Below, in pieces: positions 11,592 to 24,829 of a DNA stretch of 64,000 nucleotides (positions within the stretch are counted from its first letter, which is position 1; every line of letters starts with the position of its first letter). Origin of the DNA: Lama guanicoe. Lineage: Eukaryota. The translations under genes and the position numbers were made by a program. A model generated the notes under the pieces. It worked only from the letters and a program-made list of their open reading frames with translations, did no database searches and was not told the DNA's origin. The stretch lies in contig MU054220.1 of NCBI GenBank assembly GCA_013239625.1, positions 3,597,374 through 3,661,373 on the forward strand, written 5' to 3'.

Positions 11592-12837
11592 TTAAGCGCC
11601 TCATTAATCTGGTACTTGTTTACTTGTATCTGCGTGCACACCTCATTGATACCATTTCTCTGAGCTTTTGCGCAAAGCCATTTCTCCACCTAGAATGCCC
11701 AATTTCCCCCTTCTTTGCCAGTCTTATTCATTAAATGAATTAATTTTGAAACCCAGAATGGCAGAAAATTCAACTGCTACAATTTGGCAAGGTGCACAAT
11801 TATTTTCTGAATTTGGTCTCTGCTGTTTCAGAGGGCTGGATACAAGCAAAAATCTACAAAATTGTGCCATTTAAGAAATTTTCTGGTTCCAGGTGGAAAA
11901 CGTAGAATAGGCGTTTGTCTCCCTTTCACATGAGATCAGAAGGAGTGATCGGCATGCTGCCTTCTTTTCAGCTGCCACGAATTCCCCAAGACCCCCTCCC
12001 AGTGAGGTCACAGTCTGAGCCCGTGTGGTCCACTGTGGGCTGCGGGGATGCTGACTCTGGTGGTCCAAGAGGGCAAAGGCAGGAGCTGAAAGGCCTCTTG
12101 AGACCTCGGCTCCAAAACTCACACAAGCTCACTCTGGCCAGATTCCACTGTCACACGGCCAGCCGAGTTCAAGGGGCTGGAGAAATGGGCTCCACCCCTG
12201 GCTGGGAGACTCAGCACAGTTACATTGCAAAGGGGTCAATACTGGAATGGGAGGAATTTATGGCCATGAAACCATTCACCACAGGTTCTTCCTTGCCTCT
12301 CCCTTTGCTTTAATCTTACAGATGTCTCCCTGTTCCTCTGAGACCTTACTATTGCAAATCCATTCTTGGTTCCAATTTTTCTTTTAGTCAGAGATTGTTT
12401 AGTTGCAAGGAATAGAAATGGCTCAAAATAGCTCAAAAGAAGGCCAGGGAGGGTACAGATATCATGGAAATGAAATGATGTTGAAACACATGGAACCCAT
12501 GAGCTGGGAGGAACCAGGAAAGTATCTTTCTTTCATTTACTTTGTTTTCTCTCTCTCCTTTTTCTCTATGATCTTGCTTCTATGATTCTCCTTTTTTGGT
12601 CTACTCAATCTGCATCCTTGTGGCTTCTTTCCTGCCCTGTAATTTTGGTCCAAGATCTGCAGGTGAGAGTCTGCTAGTCTGTGGGCAGAGGGGGGTGCTA
12701 AACGGCAGCTTGCGATTTGACTTGCTGTGGTGCCAAAATGGCCCCAATTCCAGAGTCCTCTACAGACCCCGAACTTCCATTAACCAGACACTTCTTATCT
12801 CTTAGTTCATCTTTTTATGAAAAAGTATCCCTGACTT

Positions 12838-13586
12838 TCCTTACACTGTTGGTGGGAATGTAATTTGGTGCAGCCATTATGGAAAACAGCACAGAGATTT
12901 ATTTAAAACTAAAAATAAAATTGCCATATGATCCAGCAATCCCAGTACTGGGCATATATCTGTAGGAAACTCTAATTTGAAAAGACACATGCACCCCAGT
13001 GTCCGTAGTAGCACTATTTGCAATAGGCAAGACATGGAAGCAATCGAAATGCCTATTGACAGATGAATGGATAAAGAAGTGTGATATATACATATGTATA
13101 TAGTATATATGTACATATATACAATGGATACGACTCAGGTGTAAAAAAGAATGAAATAATGCCATTTGCAGCAACATGGGTGGGCCTAGAGATTATAATA
13201 CTGAGTGAACTAAGTCAGACAAAGACAAATACCATATGATATCACTTACATGTAGAATCTAAAATATGAAACAAATGACTTATTTATGAAACAGAAACAG
13301 ATTCAGAGACAGAAAACAAACTTAGGGTTACCAAAGGGAAAAGAGGGTGAGGAAGGGATAAATTTGGAGTTTGGAGTTAGCAGATGCAAACTACTATATA
13401 CAAAACAGATAACAAGGTCCTACTGTTTAGCACAGGGAACTCTATTCAATATCCTATAATAAACCACGATGGAAAAGAACATGAAAAAGAACATATATAT
13501 ATGTATGTGTAACCAAATCACTTTGCTATACACCAGAAATTAACACAACACTGTGTGAATCAACTATACTTCACTAAAAATAAAAA
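12838..13586 (+). mobile_element. 5'-truncated lineage-specific (cetartiodactyl/camelid-type) L1, ORF2 C-terminus plus 3' UTR
   Basis: acactgttggtgggaatg, atatgatccagcaatccca, aatgccatttgcagcaacatgg, acaaggtcctactg..tagcacagggaact, ending aatcaactatacttca plus an A tail. Confidence 0.92.
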
Positions 13587-14170
13587 GCAGAATTTTAAAA
13601 CAGGGTCCCTGGCCCTGCAGTGGGCTGGCTCCCCCAGTTAGCTGCCCATTTCTTATCCCGTAAGATCAGCGGATCCAAATGTCAAGGAAGACATGATACA
13701 AAAATGTCTTTCCAGACGCAGCCCTGCCACTGGGCCGTGGGTGTGCAGTTCTCGGGAGCAGCAGGCTGCCGGAATTCAACCCTGACTTTCCCTGGGGTGC
13801 AGGGACCTGGTGAGAGCCCTCCAGTGTGTCTCCCAGGGACCACAGTAAGGGAACCTCAGGAGCTACAGCCTTGCTGGTCAACATACCACCCCTCCCCTGA
13901 GGACCTTCCCATCGAGGTCACCCTGGGAGTTGCTGCTTTGCTCTCAGAAGGGTGAGCCATTACCTACTTGTGCAGGGGACGTGCCCTCCGCCCAGCACAG
14001 ACCAGGGAACTGCATGCTGCTCCTGCCATATGATCTGTGTGGCCACCAGTCCATCTTTCTGAGCTTCTGTTTCTCCATCTGCAGGATGGGTGTGGGGTCC
14101 CTACCTCTCATGTCGGGGGAAGGCCAAAGGTAGCAAATGCGAAGTATAATATGTAGGTGCCTAATATATA

Positions 14171-14646
14171 GACAGATCCCCACTTACGATGGTTCTACTT
14201 ATGATTTTTCAACTTTATGACAGTGTGTAGGCGATAACATTCAGTAGAAACCATCCTTCATGTTTTTAATTTTGATCTTTTCCCAGGCTGGTGATACGTG
14301 GTGCATCCTCTCGTGATGCTGGGCCTCAGCTCCTGTGATCACGAGGGTGAACAGCCAATACTCTTGCAGCCATTCTGTACCCAGGCGCCCATTCTGTTTG
14401 TCACTTTCAGTACAGTATTCCGTCAATTATATGAGGTATTCAATACTTTATTATAAACAGGCTTTGCATTAGATGATTTTGCGTAAGTGCAGGCTGCTGT
14501 AAATGTTTTGAGCATGTTTTAGGTCAGCTGGGCTAAGCTAGGATGTTTGGTATATAAGATATAAAAATACATTTTTGATTTACAATATTTTCAATTTACA
14601 ATGGGTTTATCAAGACATAATCATGTTGTAAGTTGAGGAAGATCTG
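14171..14646 (-). mobile_element. MER47/Tigger5-like TcMar-Tigger DNA transposon
   Basis: Terminal inverted repeats cagatccccacttacgat...ttgtaagttgaggaagatctg flanked by TA. Internal ttcagtagaaacc and tcactttcagtacagtattc match the MER47 consensus. Confidence 0.8.
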
Positions 14647-15154
14647 TAGTTGATGGTGTTGGAAATACTAAAAAATGATGGCTGAATAACAATAATGATC
14701 ATGATAATAATGAACATATATTACTAATAAATGAACTCCTTTGGCCTGTGAATTTTGAGGGGATGAATCTCCCATTGCTTGTAAAAGAGTGGGACCCCCT
14801 TGGCCCCGGGGACATAAGTGGTATAAGAATGTGTTGTGACTTAGTTAGGTGACACCTTGGGCCTCCTTGATGCCTGGCGGGCAGATGTGTGTACGTGCAC
14901 ATGCGTGCAAGTGTGTGTTTGTGTGTATGTGTTTGTGTGTGTGTGTTTGTAGAACAGGCCTCCAAGGACCTCCAGCTCCCAACATCCCAGCTCTGAAACC
15001 CGCACGGCAAGGACGAGGAGTTCTGCAGCAGGTCACAGCAATGTCTCTGAAGCAGGGCTCCAGAGGGCCTTTCCATTTCCTCCTGAGGTCAGCCAGGTCC
15101 CTGTGTGGTCCAGGGCCCAGCACCCCAGTCAGTCCTGGGACGCACTGGGTGAAT

Positions 15155-15195
15155 TCTGGGGACAGATATCCCATCTGGGGACAGATATCCCATCT
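15155..15195. repeat. Perfect 19-bp tandem duplication (TCTGGGGACAGATATCCCA x2)
   Basis: Identical copies at 15155-15173 and 15174-15192, followed by TCT. Confidence 0.95.
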
Positions 15196-15680
15196 CTAGA
15201 TGTTGCAGACCTGATTTTTCTTTTCTCAACCTTCTGCTTTGTGGCCACAGTGTGCTTGGAGCACCCCTGTGGGAACATGGGGTCAGGACTGAGTCAGGTA
15301 AAATTCACAGTTGTGAATTCAGTTCCCAGGCAGCAGCCAGGACTGACCATCTAGGCAGCTGTGTGAATATGAGGGCGGGAGGCTGAGCCCCTCGCTTGCT
15401 GGCTTTAGAGTGTAGGTGACCCAGATGACAGCTACTGGCCAGCCTGCCTCTGAGGTCTCAATGAGACTGTCCCTATGCTCTTTGTCCCAAGATCTAGTGG
15501 AGTTCCAAGCCTTCTCCTCTACTTCTGCTAATCCCCAGCAGGAGCTGGGGGCAGCGGGAAGGGGAGGCACTGAACTCTCCCAGACATTCTCCCTCCTGGG
15601 CCCGGTTTCCCAGAAGTTCTGTCTCTGAACTATGCCATGCTGATCCTGACATGAAATTGGCTTCATTTCAAGAAAAGCAA

Positions 15681-15781
15681 ATATGAAAATGAATATATGT
15701 ATGTATATGCATGACTGAAACATGATGCCGTATGCCAGAAATTGACACATTGTAACTGACTATACTTCAATTAAAAAAAAA
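15681..15781 (+). mobile_element. Very short 5'-truncated L1 tail
   Basis: ccagaaattgacacattgtaactgactatacttcaatt plus poly(A). TSD aagaa[a/g]agcaa at 15670-15680 and 15782-15792. Confidence 0.85.
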
Positions 15782-18544
15782 AAGAAGAGCAACAACAAAC
15801 ATTTATGTAAAAGATTCATGAATTCAGTACCTTCACTGGAAAACCTGGTTGGGGGGGGGTGCATCTCATACCTTTACCTGCTGCCTTGTCTCTGGTCAAC
15901 AACGTAGTGCAGTGGTCACCATGTGGGTTTGGAGCCAGACTGCCTGGAGTCAAACCCAGCTTTGCTGCTACAACCCTGGGCACCTTCCCTACCTCTCAGG
16001 GCCTCTTCAAAATGGGGATCTAATGGTATCTGTCCTAAATGGTTGTTCTGACGCTCAGGCAAACTGATGAGTTAATCACTGTAAAATGCTTAGAGGAATG
16101 TCTAACTCGGGAAAGCGGTATGTCAGTGACTGGTACATTTCACCCCTTTCACTGGAAAGCGGGGATTTATCATACTTAGTTCAAAGAGTGGTTATGAGGA
16201 TGAGATGACATCACAAGCAGTGTGAACTTTTTTTTTTTTTTTGCCTTTTGTAGGGGGTGCATGCTGCCAGGCATCCAATCCCCACCTTATTTGGGAAGGA
16301 ATCCTCAGTCCCTGTGATGTGGATGCTCCTGGTGCCCCTCTTCTTCCACAGAAGCCCTTGGCGCTGAAGCTTAGGCCTGTGACCTGGCCTCTGCTGACGG
16401 AATACCTCCCCTCTGGATCCTGATGCTAAGAAGCAGGAACAGATGGGACGTCCCTCCCAGAGGCGGCATTGGCAACGTACCCCAGCCAACCAGTCCATTT
16501 GTGTGACTGTGGCTGTGGTCCTGCCCCATGGCCACCCTTGGTTCCTACCAGTTTTCTGAGCCTAATTCCCCCAATTCTGTAAGCTCCCCAATCTCTGTCT
16601 GTGGCAGAGTCTTCTGGTCCCCTGACCCCAACCCCAGAGCCATCTCCCCTGCTTGTGTAGTAATAGAATATTTAGCTGGGCCAATGTCCGCTCAGAACAC
16701 AACTAGATTCCCCAGCCTCTGTCACTGCAGGTATATCTGTTGAGCAGGCTCTGGATGATGGGGTGTGAGCAGAAGTGATGTGTGCCCCTTGCAGGGAAGT
16801 CCTGACTGGGAAGGGCCGTCCCCTCTCCTCTTCATCCCTCTTCCTGCTGGCCGAGTGTAGCTGTTTGAGTGAACCTTGCTGGCCCACGTGCCAAGGGCCT
16901 GAAAAATTCATGGAACCATCATAATGTTTCGGCTACTTACTAAAAAAGAAAGAAATTTCTCTTAAGCCATGGCTATTTCTGGTCTCTCCTTTCTAATAGC
17001 CGCGTGCCTTACAGGTCGCTAATACACCTCCCAGCAGATTTCCTCCACATCTTCAGCTACCGGGGGTGGTTTTTCATCTTTCCTTTTTTGTTCTCTTTGC
17101 TCTGATCTTTTCCTTTTCTCTCTTTCTGCTCTTTTTGGTAATTGAGCACCTTGTTTGCTCTAAGCAACCAAGCGTCTTGGTTGTGCACTAAGCACAAAGC
17201 GTACACATTCCTTAGCGTGGATCAAGATATGGATAAATATTAGCTATTGTTTTCGTTGTTCCTCGCCCCTGCTGTCCTGGATGCCCTGGGAGCTCGCAAA
17301 TCTCCCTCCTCCCTCACTCCAAGGCTTGGGCCCCAAGCCCACAGTTCTTACCTTTCTCCTAACACTTGTCAAAATATTTTTTTCCAAACAATGTTTCATG
17401 TCCTCCTATGAGGAGCTCTGGGTGCCAACTGTTAAGTTTATAAAAGTTCCTCCCCTCTGATGCATTTGTTTTGTTGTGTTTTGCCTGTGAGCCTGGTGTC
17501 CAGCATTTCCATTCCTTTCATCTCTAAATGGAAAATAAAATTCAAGGAGCCTGAGCCCGGGGTCCATGGAGAGAGGCCTGCTGGGTAGAGGTCAGGAGCC
17601 GTCAAGCCAAACTGCAGCATCGGGTGGCAAATCGGAGAATGTCAGATCCAAGAAGAGCCCTCAGAGGCCAGGTGGGGAAAGTGAGGCCTTGCTGGACGTC
17701 ACACGGTGAGCCAGAGCCCACACCAGGAATCCTGCTCCCCTGTCAGCAATTCTGCTACTGGACCAGAGACTCCCCTAGGCTGCTCCTATGCATGTGGTGG
17801 GAGGGGACACAGAAGACTCAGATATGAGTCCTGTTCTCCAGGGACTCACAGGCTCACAGAGGAGCTGAGATAAGCTCTCCAAAGTCAATGCCATGTGGCA
17901 AAAAACGATCATGACTAAGAGGGCTGTGGACACTTAGGAGGGAAGGCTGCTTGTCTCAGAGGGAGCATGGGAGTCTTCCTGGAGGAGGAAGCATTTTAAT
18001 TGATTCTGGAAGGATAGGGAGGTGAGGACATGTGACTCAAAAGGAAGGCTTTCCAGGAATGGGTACAAATTCATCCCACAAAGATTCATTGTGCTTTCAT
18101 GTGCTGGTGAGCATGGCAGAAGTGGCCCTGCATCCAGGAGCTTACAGTCTAGTAAGAGAGACGGGGAGTGAGCATAATCACACAAGTCAATATCTAATTA
18201 CAATCGCAATGGATGCTGTTAAGAAAGCGACTTGGGAGGCTGGGGGACCATCTAGCAGACACTGACCCGGCTGGATTTAGGGAAGGGTCTCCAAGAAACT
18301 GTCATCTCATGTGGGACATGGAGGATAAGTAGAGTTTTCACATCAAGGATGCCCTGGGCTCTCAGTAGAGGCACAGTGTGGCCTGTGGGCAGGCCCCAGG
18401 GCAAGGAGGAGTGTCGGGTGCCCAGAGCACAAGCTGGGGAGACACAGAGTTGGCAGGAAGAGGTGCTGTGTGTTCTCTGCAAGGGTGTGAGGGAGGGCTA
18501 GAGTGCCAGCTGTCATGATTAAGCAAAAGGGAGTACGACCACCC

Positions 18545-18995
18545 CTACCCGTTGCCACCTACTCTCAGTTCTCCCTTTCTTACCTGAGCTCAGAACTCCA
18601 GTTTTTCTCCTGGGCACTTGCCACTCACAATAAAGACTACATTTCCCAGCCTCCCTCCCAGCTAAATGTAGCTATGTGACTAAGCTGAAGGTACTAGAAT
18701 GTAAGCAGAAATGATGTGTGCAACTTTCAAAAGGCATCTTTTTATGGAATGGAAGAATCCTTCTTTCTAATGGCTGGAATACAGACATGATGGTTGAAGC
18801 TCAAGCAGCCATCCTGGACCACAAGTTAGCAGCACTGTATTAAGGGTAGTGAAGCAACGAGGTAGAAAGAACTTGCATCTTTGATGGTCGTGGATCGTCA
18901 AGTCTGCCCCTGATTTGCTTCTAGATTTTTGTCACCTGAGGAACTTCTTTCTTATTTAAGCTACTTAAAGTGGAAAACAATCTAAATTGATAACA
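18545..18995 (+). mobile_element. MLT1 (MaLR) LTR, diverged
   Basis: aaagactacatttcccagcctccct, ggctggaatacagacatgatgg..agctcaagcagccatcctggacca, ttcttatttaagcta. Confidence 0.65.
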
Positions 18996-19901
18996 CGGAT
19001 CTATTGGAAGATGCTGGAATTTTCAGGGAGAACACACCGTGGAATGATGGAGATCATGATGATTCTAGAACACTCTATAAGGAAGCAAATTAAGAAAAAA
19101 GGCAGCCTGGAAGCCAAGAAACAAGGGCTACAACAATGATTAGCTCTACAAAAAGCCAAAATGGCCAAGAAAGGAAATGCAACCATAGTACACTACTTGG
19201 TTCAGCAATGAGTAACATTTATTTGGTCACAGTTATGAAACACTGACTATAGATTTAATAAGTAAATATCTATGATGTTTACGATGTGAACAATGCTTCT
19301 TAGAGTTATGTGGTGTATGCTCGAGCAAAACTCCTTATCTGGCGTAATTCAAGAGGTTGGGTCTGATATGGACAAATCAAAAGATAATACAAGATGCAAA
19401 TATTTTAAAATATGGAAATAATTACCCTCCAAAGCAGCCAAAAGAGTTTAAAGTAGTTGCTTCTGAGAGCTGGGATGAGAGATGGCTAGGACAAAGTAAG
19501 AATTTTAAATTTAAAAACAAGCACTATTTAATCCTCTAGAATTATACTTTGAAAACATAAAATTTAGAAAAAAAAAAACCTGACTTGGATGTGGTCTCTT
19601 TGTCCCTTTTAAACCTCCAAATCACTCGGACAGCACTGTCTGTGGATAATATACAGGCTTTTTTGTCAGAGCAGCCAGCCGGGGTTGGTATGCAATTGGA
19701 TCCCCTACTTGGCAGTTGTTTCCTAGGGAAGGGAATGACTGTCTGAGCTTCAGTTTCCTTATCCGTATCATGGGTATATTAGTGTCTTCCTTACGTGTTG
19801 CTGTGGAGAATTAACGCAGGTAAAGTGTCCGGCACACTTCTGGCATATGTTCCTCTAAATGATATTTGTTGTGATTGTTATTTGTATCATTTGTTCTGGG
19901 T

Positions 19902-20086
19902 TAGGCGTTCATGAACTTGCCTTATCTTCATCAAAGTCACCTAGGGGGGCTTGTTAAAAGATGGGTTCACCTCCAGAGTCTCTGATTCAGTAAGTCTGGG
20001 ATGAGGCTGAGAATCTGCATTTCCCATGAGATCCCAGGAGATACTGCGGCTGGTCCAGGGACTGCACTTCGAGAACCACTGCTCTA
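19902..20086. mobile_element. MER5A-like DNA transposon
   Basis: tcacctaggggggcttgttaaaa..ccagagtctctgattcagtaagtctggg..gagaatctgcattt..cacttcgagaaccactg. Confidence 0.8.
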
Positions 20087-21219
20087 CTGCATAAGCAGCT
20101 TAATGACGGACACAGAGTTGATCTTGAGAAACAGACATGAAAGAAGGAAACTGGAAGATAACTCAGACCCAGGGGAGCAGCGCCTTTGCAGGGGTTGTTG
20201 GGGTGGAAGGGGATTGGGAAAGGTCTCAGAAAAGAAGTAATACCTGAGCTGAACTTGAAGGACCAGGAGAAATTCGCCAGGCTGGCTAGATAAGGAGCAT
20301 CTCCAGCAGAGGGAACAGTGGGTGCGAAGGCAAGAAAGCAAGAGAAAATATGGTGCATTTGAGGAACCATGCCCATTTTTCCTAACTCCTAAGCCATCTT
20401 TGGAGGGCATGGTGGAGCTGACAGGACACTCAGAAGCCTGTGTGTGCATTTGGAGACTTTTTGAAGGGCTGGAGTGATGAACAACACACCTTGGAAGGTG
20501 TGTGAGTGTCCGTTCCTGGGGTGGACAGCTGGAGCCTTGAAACCAAAGGGCCGCCTTCATGCCCACTGGGCAGGATGTCCTCGATAATCTTCAGGATTTC
20601 AGTGACACCACACACATAGGGAGGAGGCTACTGAGACTCAAAAAAGTCTTTAATCCCAGTGCTGCCCATTCCGTGGGTGTATTTTCACATCCTCATGGGA
20701 AATGTAGCTTGGCGGCTCAAACGCTGGATTTCCAGGGCATGCTTGGTGGGAGAGCAGGGTAGACCATATAAAATGAGGTCTGGATCCAAAACCCCAGGTA
20801 GCAAATTTACCCAAGGAGGCAGCTTTCCTCTTTGGAAGGCTCCTCTCCTCCTGGTCCCCCAGCCCCTCCTCTCTTCCTGTCTCCATCGTGCCTGTTGCCA
20901 GGCTATTTCTTGCTCTGCTGTGAATCTAACCCCAGAGAACACAGCTACCTGCCTGCAGTAGCAATTACACATTAATGGAGGGTCAGTGGTGACGCACACA
21001 GGCAGTTTCTAGGTGTTTGAAGGTGCCCATGTGGAGCTTGGGGGCCAAGGGGGGCTGCTGGGCCCCTGCACCTCTCTAGGGGATCAGCAGGCTGGAGGCT
21101 TCCAAATGTCACCACCTGCGTCCACGTCCCAAGTTAGCTCAGCCCCTACCGTGTGTGAGACTGGAGGCTAGTTGCCGCGGGAAGAGGTCGGGGCTCTGTC
21201 TGCTCTGTGCAGTGACCTC

Positions 21220-22170
21220 TCCTATCAAACGCCTGCCGCGCACGGTCCCTGTGCTAGGGCCTGTCCATGCACTCATGATTTTGTTTTGTTCTCTACTTTC
21301 CCAAATGTAATAGGCACTAATGTACCCATTTCGTAGAGGAGAAAACGGAATTTCAAGCAGCTTAATTAACCAAGGTGCCTGACAGGGAGTATGGTGTAGG
21401 GGTTAAGAGCACAGACTCTGGAATCAGTCTGCCTGAGTTCAAGTCCCAGCTCAGCACTGACCAGCTGTGTGACCTGGGGCAACATACTTAACTCTCTGTG
21501 CATCTGCTTCCCCCTCTGTAAAATGAGGGTCCTTCTGCAGGTGATGCAAGTCAATGTATACTGAACAGTATGTCAGTTATTACTAAGTTAATTCATGGAC
21601 AGCAAGTTGGCTGACCCAGTCTCTCATCTACCCTGCTGCCACTAAGGCTGATTTTGGGGAGGAAGGGGATAAGGACGTGAGGGATTATGAAAGTGTCTGC
21701 ACCCTATACTTTGTAGAGTCAGTCTGCCGTGGCTTAAATCCTGGCTGTGTGACCTTGGTCAAGTCTCCTGACTCTCTGAGCCAGAGTTTCTACATCTTTA
21801 TAATTCGTGTCATGAAGTGCTTGTGGGGATGAAATGAAACCATGGCGGGTTAGCATCAGAGTTAAGAGCCAGGCTCTGGAACCACACTGCTAAGGTTACA
21901 TCCCCAGTTCTACCATCTTCCAGCTGCAGGACTTTGGGTGAGTTACTTTCTCTCTTTGTGCCTCAGTTTCCTCATCTGTAAAATGGGAATGATACTGGTT
22001 CCTCGTTGTAGAGCTGTTAGGGAGGATGACACGAACTGTCCCATGCAGAGCCCTTTGAACCGTACTGGATGCACAGTAAGTGCTGAGATCACGGGGCACA
22101 CATAATGCTCATAATGCAGCTCAGGCCCGGTGCAGAGTATGTGATCAATAAATGGCAGCAGTGATGAGGA
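21220..22170. mobile_element. Cluster of about four MIR SINE copies or fragments
   Basis: MIR head and core motifs, e.g. ggttaagagcacagactctggaatcag..gagttcaagtcccagctc..gctgtgtgacct (21400-21480) and tgcctcagtttcctcatctgtaaaatgggaatgata (21958-21995). Confidence 0.85.
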
Positions 22171-24149
22171 GGCTGCCAAACCCAGCCTCTCCTCTTACTA
22201 AGTGAAAAGCTCAATCCTGACTGTACAATGGATACAACACGGGTTTGTTTTCTTTCCTAAACACCAGCACCCAGGGCCCACACCCCAGAGATTCTTAATT
22301 AGCCTACACAGGGCTGGGCACTGAGTGATTTTTTTTAAGTTCCTCTGGCAATTCTAACAAGCAGCCAGGATTGAGAACCACTGAGTTGGCAAATAACTGA
22401 GGGGCCCTCTTGGAGGAGACATTTTAACTGGGTAGATCAAGGCAGGCTTCTTGGAAGAGAGGGCATGTGAGCTGAGGTCTGAATGGTGAGAGGGAGACAG
22501 TAAGGCAAAGATTTGGATTGGGGTAGGAGAATGGGGCAGTGTTTCAGACACAGAACAAAGCAGGTGCAAAGGCCCTGAGGCATGTATGAGCTTCAAGTAT
22601 GTTGGAAGAAGAACAATAAAGCCAGGGTGGCAGACAACCATTCTGGACGGAACCACTGTGGACTCGAGCCAGGGTGGCAAATAAGGGATGCTGAATCATG
22701 CTCTGGCCAGAGGGACTAAGTTTAACCCTTGGACTAGGCAGAGAGCAGCTGGTGGTATCCACCACTCATATCCACAGTTGATTCAAGTCCCCCAAGTATC
22801 CTCGAGTCCGGGAACTGGGAATTCCTTGGGAATCTGCTGATTGAGGACTCAATCTCCCTGGGCAAGTTTCATCCTGGCCATTAGCCCCTGAAGGATCCTT
22901 TGGGACAGCAAGGTGGGGTGTCATTCCAGTGACCAGAGAGGGCGGAGGGGGAGAGAGGCTGGGCCGAAGGCCCCCTGGGGCCCATCACAAAGGCCCCTCG
23001 GGCTGGTGGCCGCTCTGGCAGCGAGGGGCAGCAGGGCTGCCAGGAAAATGCCGGCCTCCTGTGAAGTCTTAATTAGTCTGCTCCTGCCACTGCCCGGTGA
23101 TGGTTGGTGGGAGCAGGTGCTTCTATTTTCTGGCACAATTATCTGGAAAGTGAGGGCAGGACCATCAACGGATGTGTCTGCAGCTTTGCGTGTGTGCTGT
23201 GAAGAGCGTCTGTGTGGACGTGCGTGTGTGTCTGCTTTGTTGTGTAGAATTGCAAGTTTGTGTGTCGCATCCTCATAGGAGAGTGTCCTACTGAATGGTG
23301 TGTGTCTGTGTGTGGGTCTCACGTCTGTCTGTGTCGCCAGGTCTTCGTGTTTCCTATCTTACTGTATCAGTTTTGCCTGAATCTGTCTTCACCGTGTGTG
23401 GTTGTGTGTGAGTCTGTGTGTGATCATATATCTACACACATGTGCCCAAACTGAGGGCACAATCTGGCTCTCAAAGCACCACCCTCCCCGGGCAGGCCAG
23501 TCCCATGTCAGAGTCCCGTTTCCTCGGCTGTCAAGTGGGGCTGCTGGTCTCCATCCTGGGGTCACGCAAGCATTTGTGCTGATGCTCCTTCCAGATGGCT
23601 GAGTCTTATCTCCTGAGGAAGAGGTCTCCGTCCAGCTCCTTTGTCCCAGCATTGGATGGCCATTCCCCAGGCCCCATCAGCGTGCACACTTCCTGCTGCA
23701 GGTCCAGGTTGGGCCCAGCTGCATCCGGGCCTGGCCTCTGACGTGGGCTGGGACGGCGCGGCCTGGCCCGGGCCCCGCGTGCTGTCTGTGCGTGCGTGTG
23801 GGCGCTCCCCGGAGGAAGAGCCTTCCAGTCCCCACGTCTGCGCGGCCTCTCTGACAGCTGGGGCTCAGGGAGACACAGAGGAAAAGGAAGTGACTCCCTT
23901 CCACCGGGGCTCAGGAAGTGTTATCAGCCCAGGGCCGGCCAGGACCAGAGGATATGACACCTTGGGAAGCCTCTCTGGTTATCAGCAGGGAGTGTGATGG
24001 GTTCCCATGGATGCGCCTCTCCTTTGTCAGCCACTTGTCCTGCATGAACTGAGCATTTACTCTGGATCAGACCCTGAACCTGGGCTGACATCAATGTCAA
24101 CAACAACAATAATAAAGCAGCCCCTGTCCGCTTCTGCCACCCGCATGGG

Positions 24150-24545
24150 CTCCCCACCTCACTCCTCTCACGTCCTTGCAGATCCTCTGGGTTCCTGGGT
24201 CTCATCCACCTCTGTCTCTCCTCAGGGCCTTTGCATGTGCTGTTCCTGCTTGCTAGAACACCCCTTCTCCTGATCTTCCTGTGGCTGGTTCCTCCTCCTC
24301 ATCCACCAGAGACATCACCTCCCTAGGAAGGCCTGCCCTGATTTCCCTCCATCACTTTCTACCATGTTGTGCTTCAGAGATTGTATAACCATCTGCCATT
24401 GTCTCAATTTGTATGTGTTTATTCTCTGTCCCCGCCTGCCCAGCATGAATATAGACTCTTGGAGAGCAGAGGCCCTGTCTGTCTTACTCAGCCCCCTAAC
24501 TCCAGGGTCAGTGTACATGTAGTAGGTGTTTAATCAACATTTATT
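24150..24545 (+). mobile_element. L2 3' fragment
   Basis: cctcagggcctttgcatgtgctgttcc..ctagaacaccctt, ending gtagtaggtgtttaatcaacatttattg. Confidence 0.7.
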
Positions 24546-24829
24546 GGCAGTTTAATAAACTTATTGAACACTTGCTATGTGCCAGACACTGAATATTATT
24601 TTGTTTCAACCTTGCAATAACACATAAGCCAAAGGTGTGTGCCATTAGTATCCCCATCTAACCGAAGGAAAATAAAGTTCAGAGAGGTTAAGAAAGCTGT
24701 CTAAAATCACACAGTAAGTGGGACAATCAGGATTTTTATCCAGGTCTGTCTGATGCTACTGCATGCTCTTAACACTGCTGTGATCTGGAGACAGAAAGAG
24801 TAAGAAAAGTCTGGCCAGACAAACAGCTC

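Noticed and set aside
17165..17183. Perfect 8-bp hairpin CAACCAAG-cgt-CTTGGTTG
   Set aside because: Too short for a pre-miRNA and expected by chance in 64 kb.
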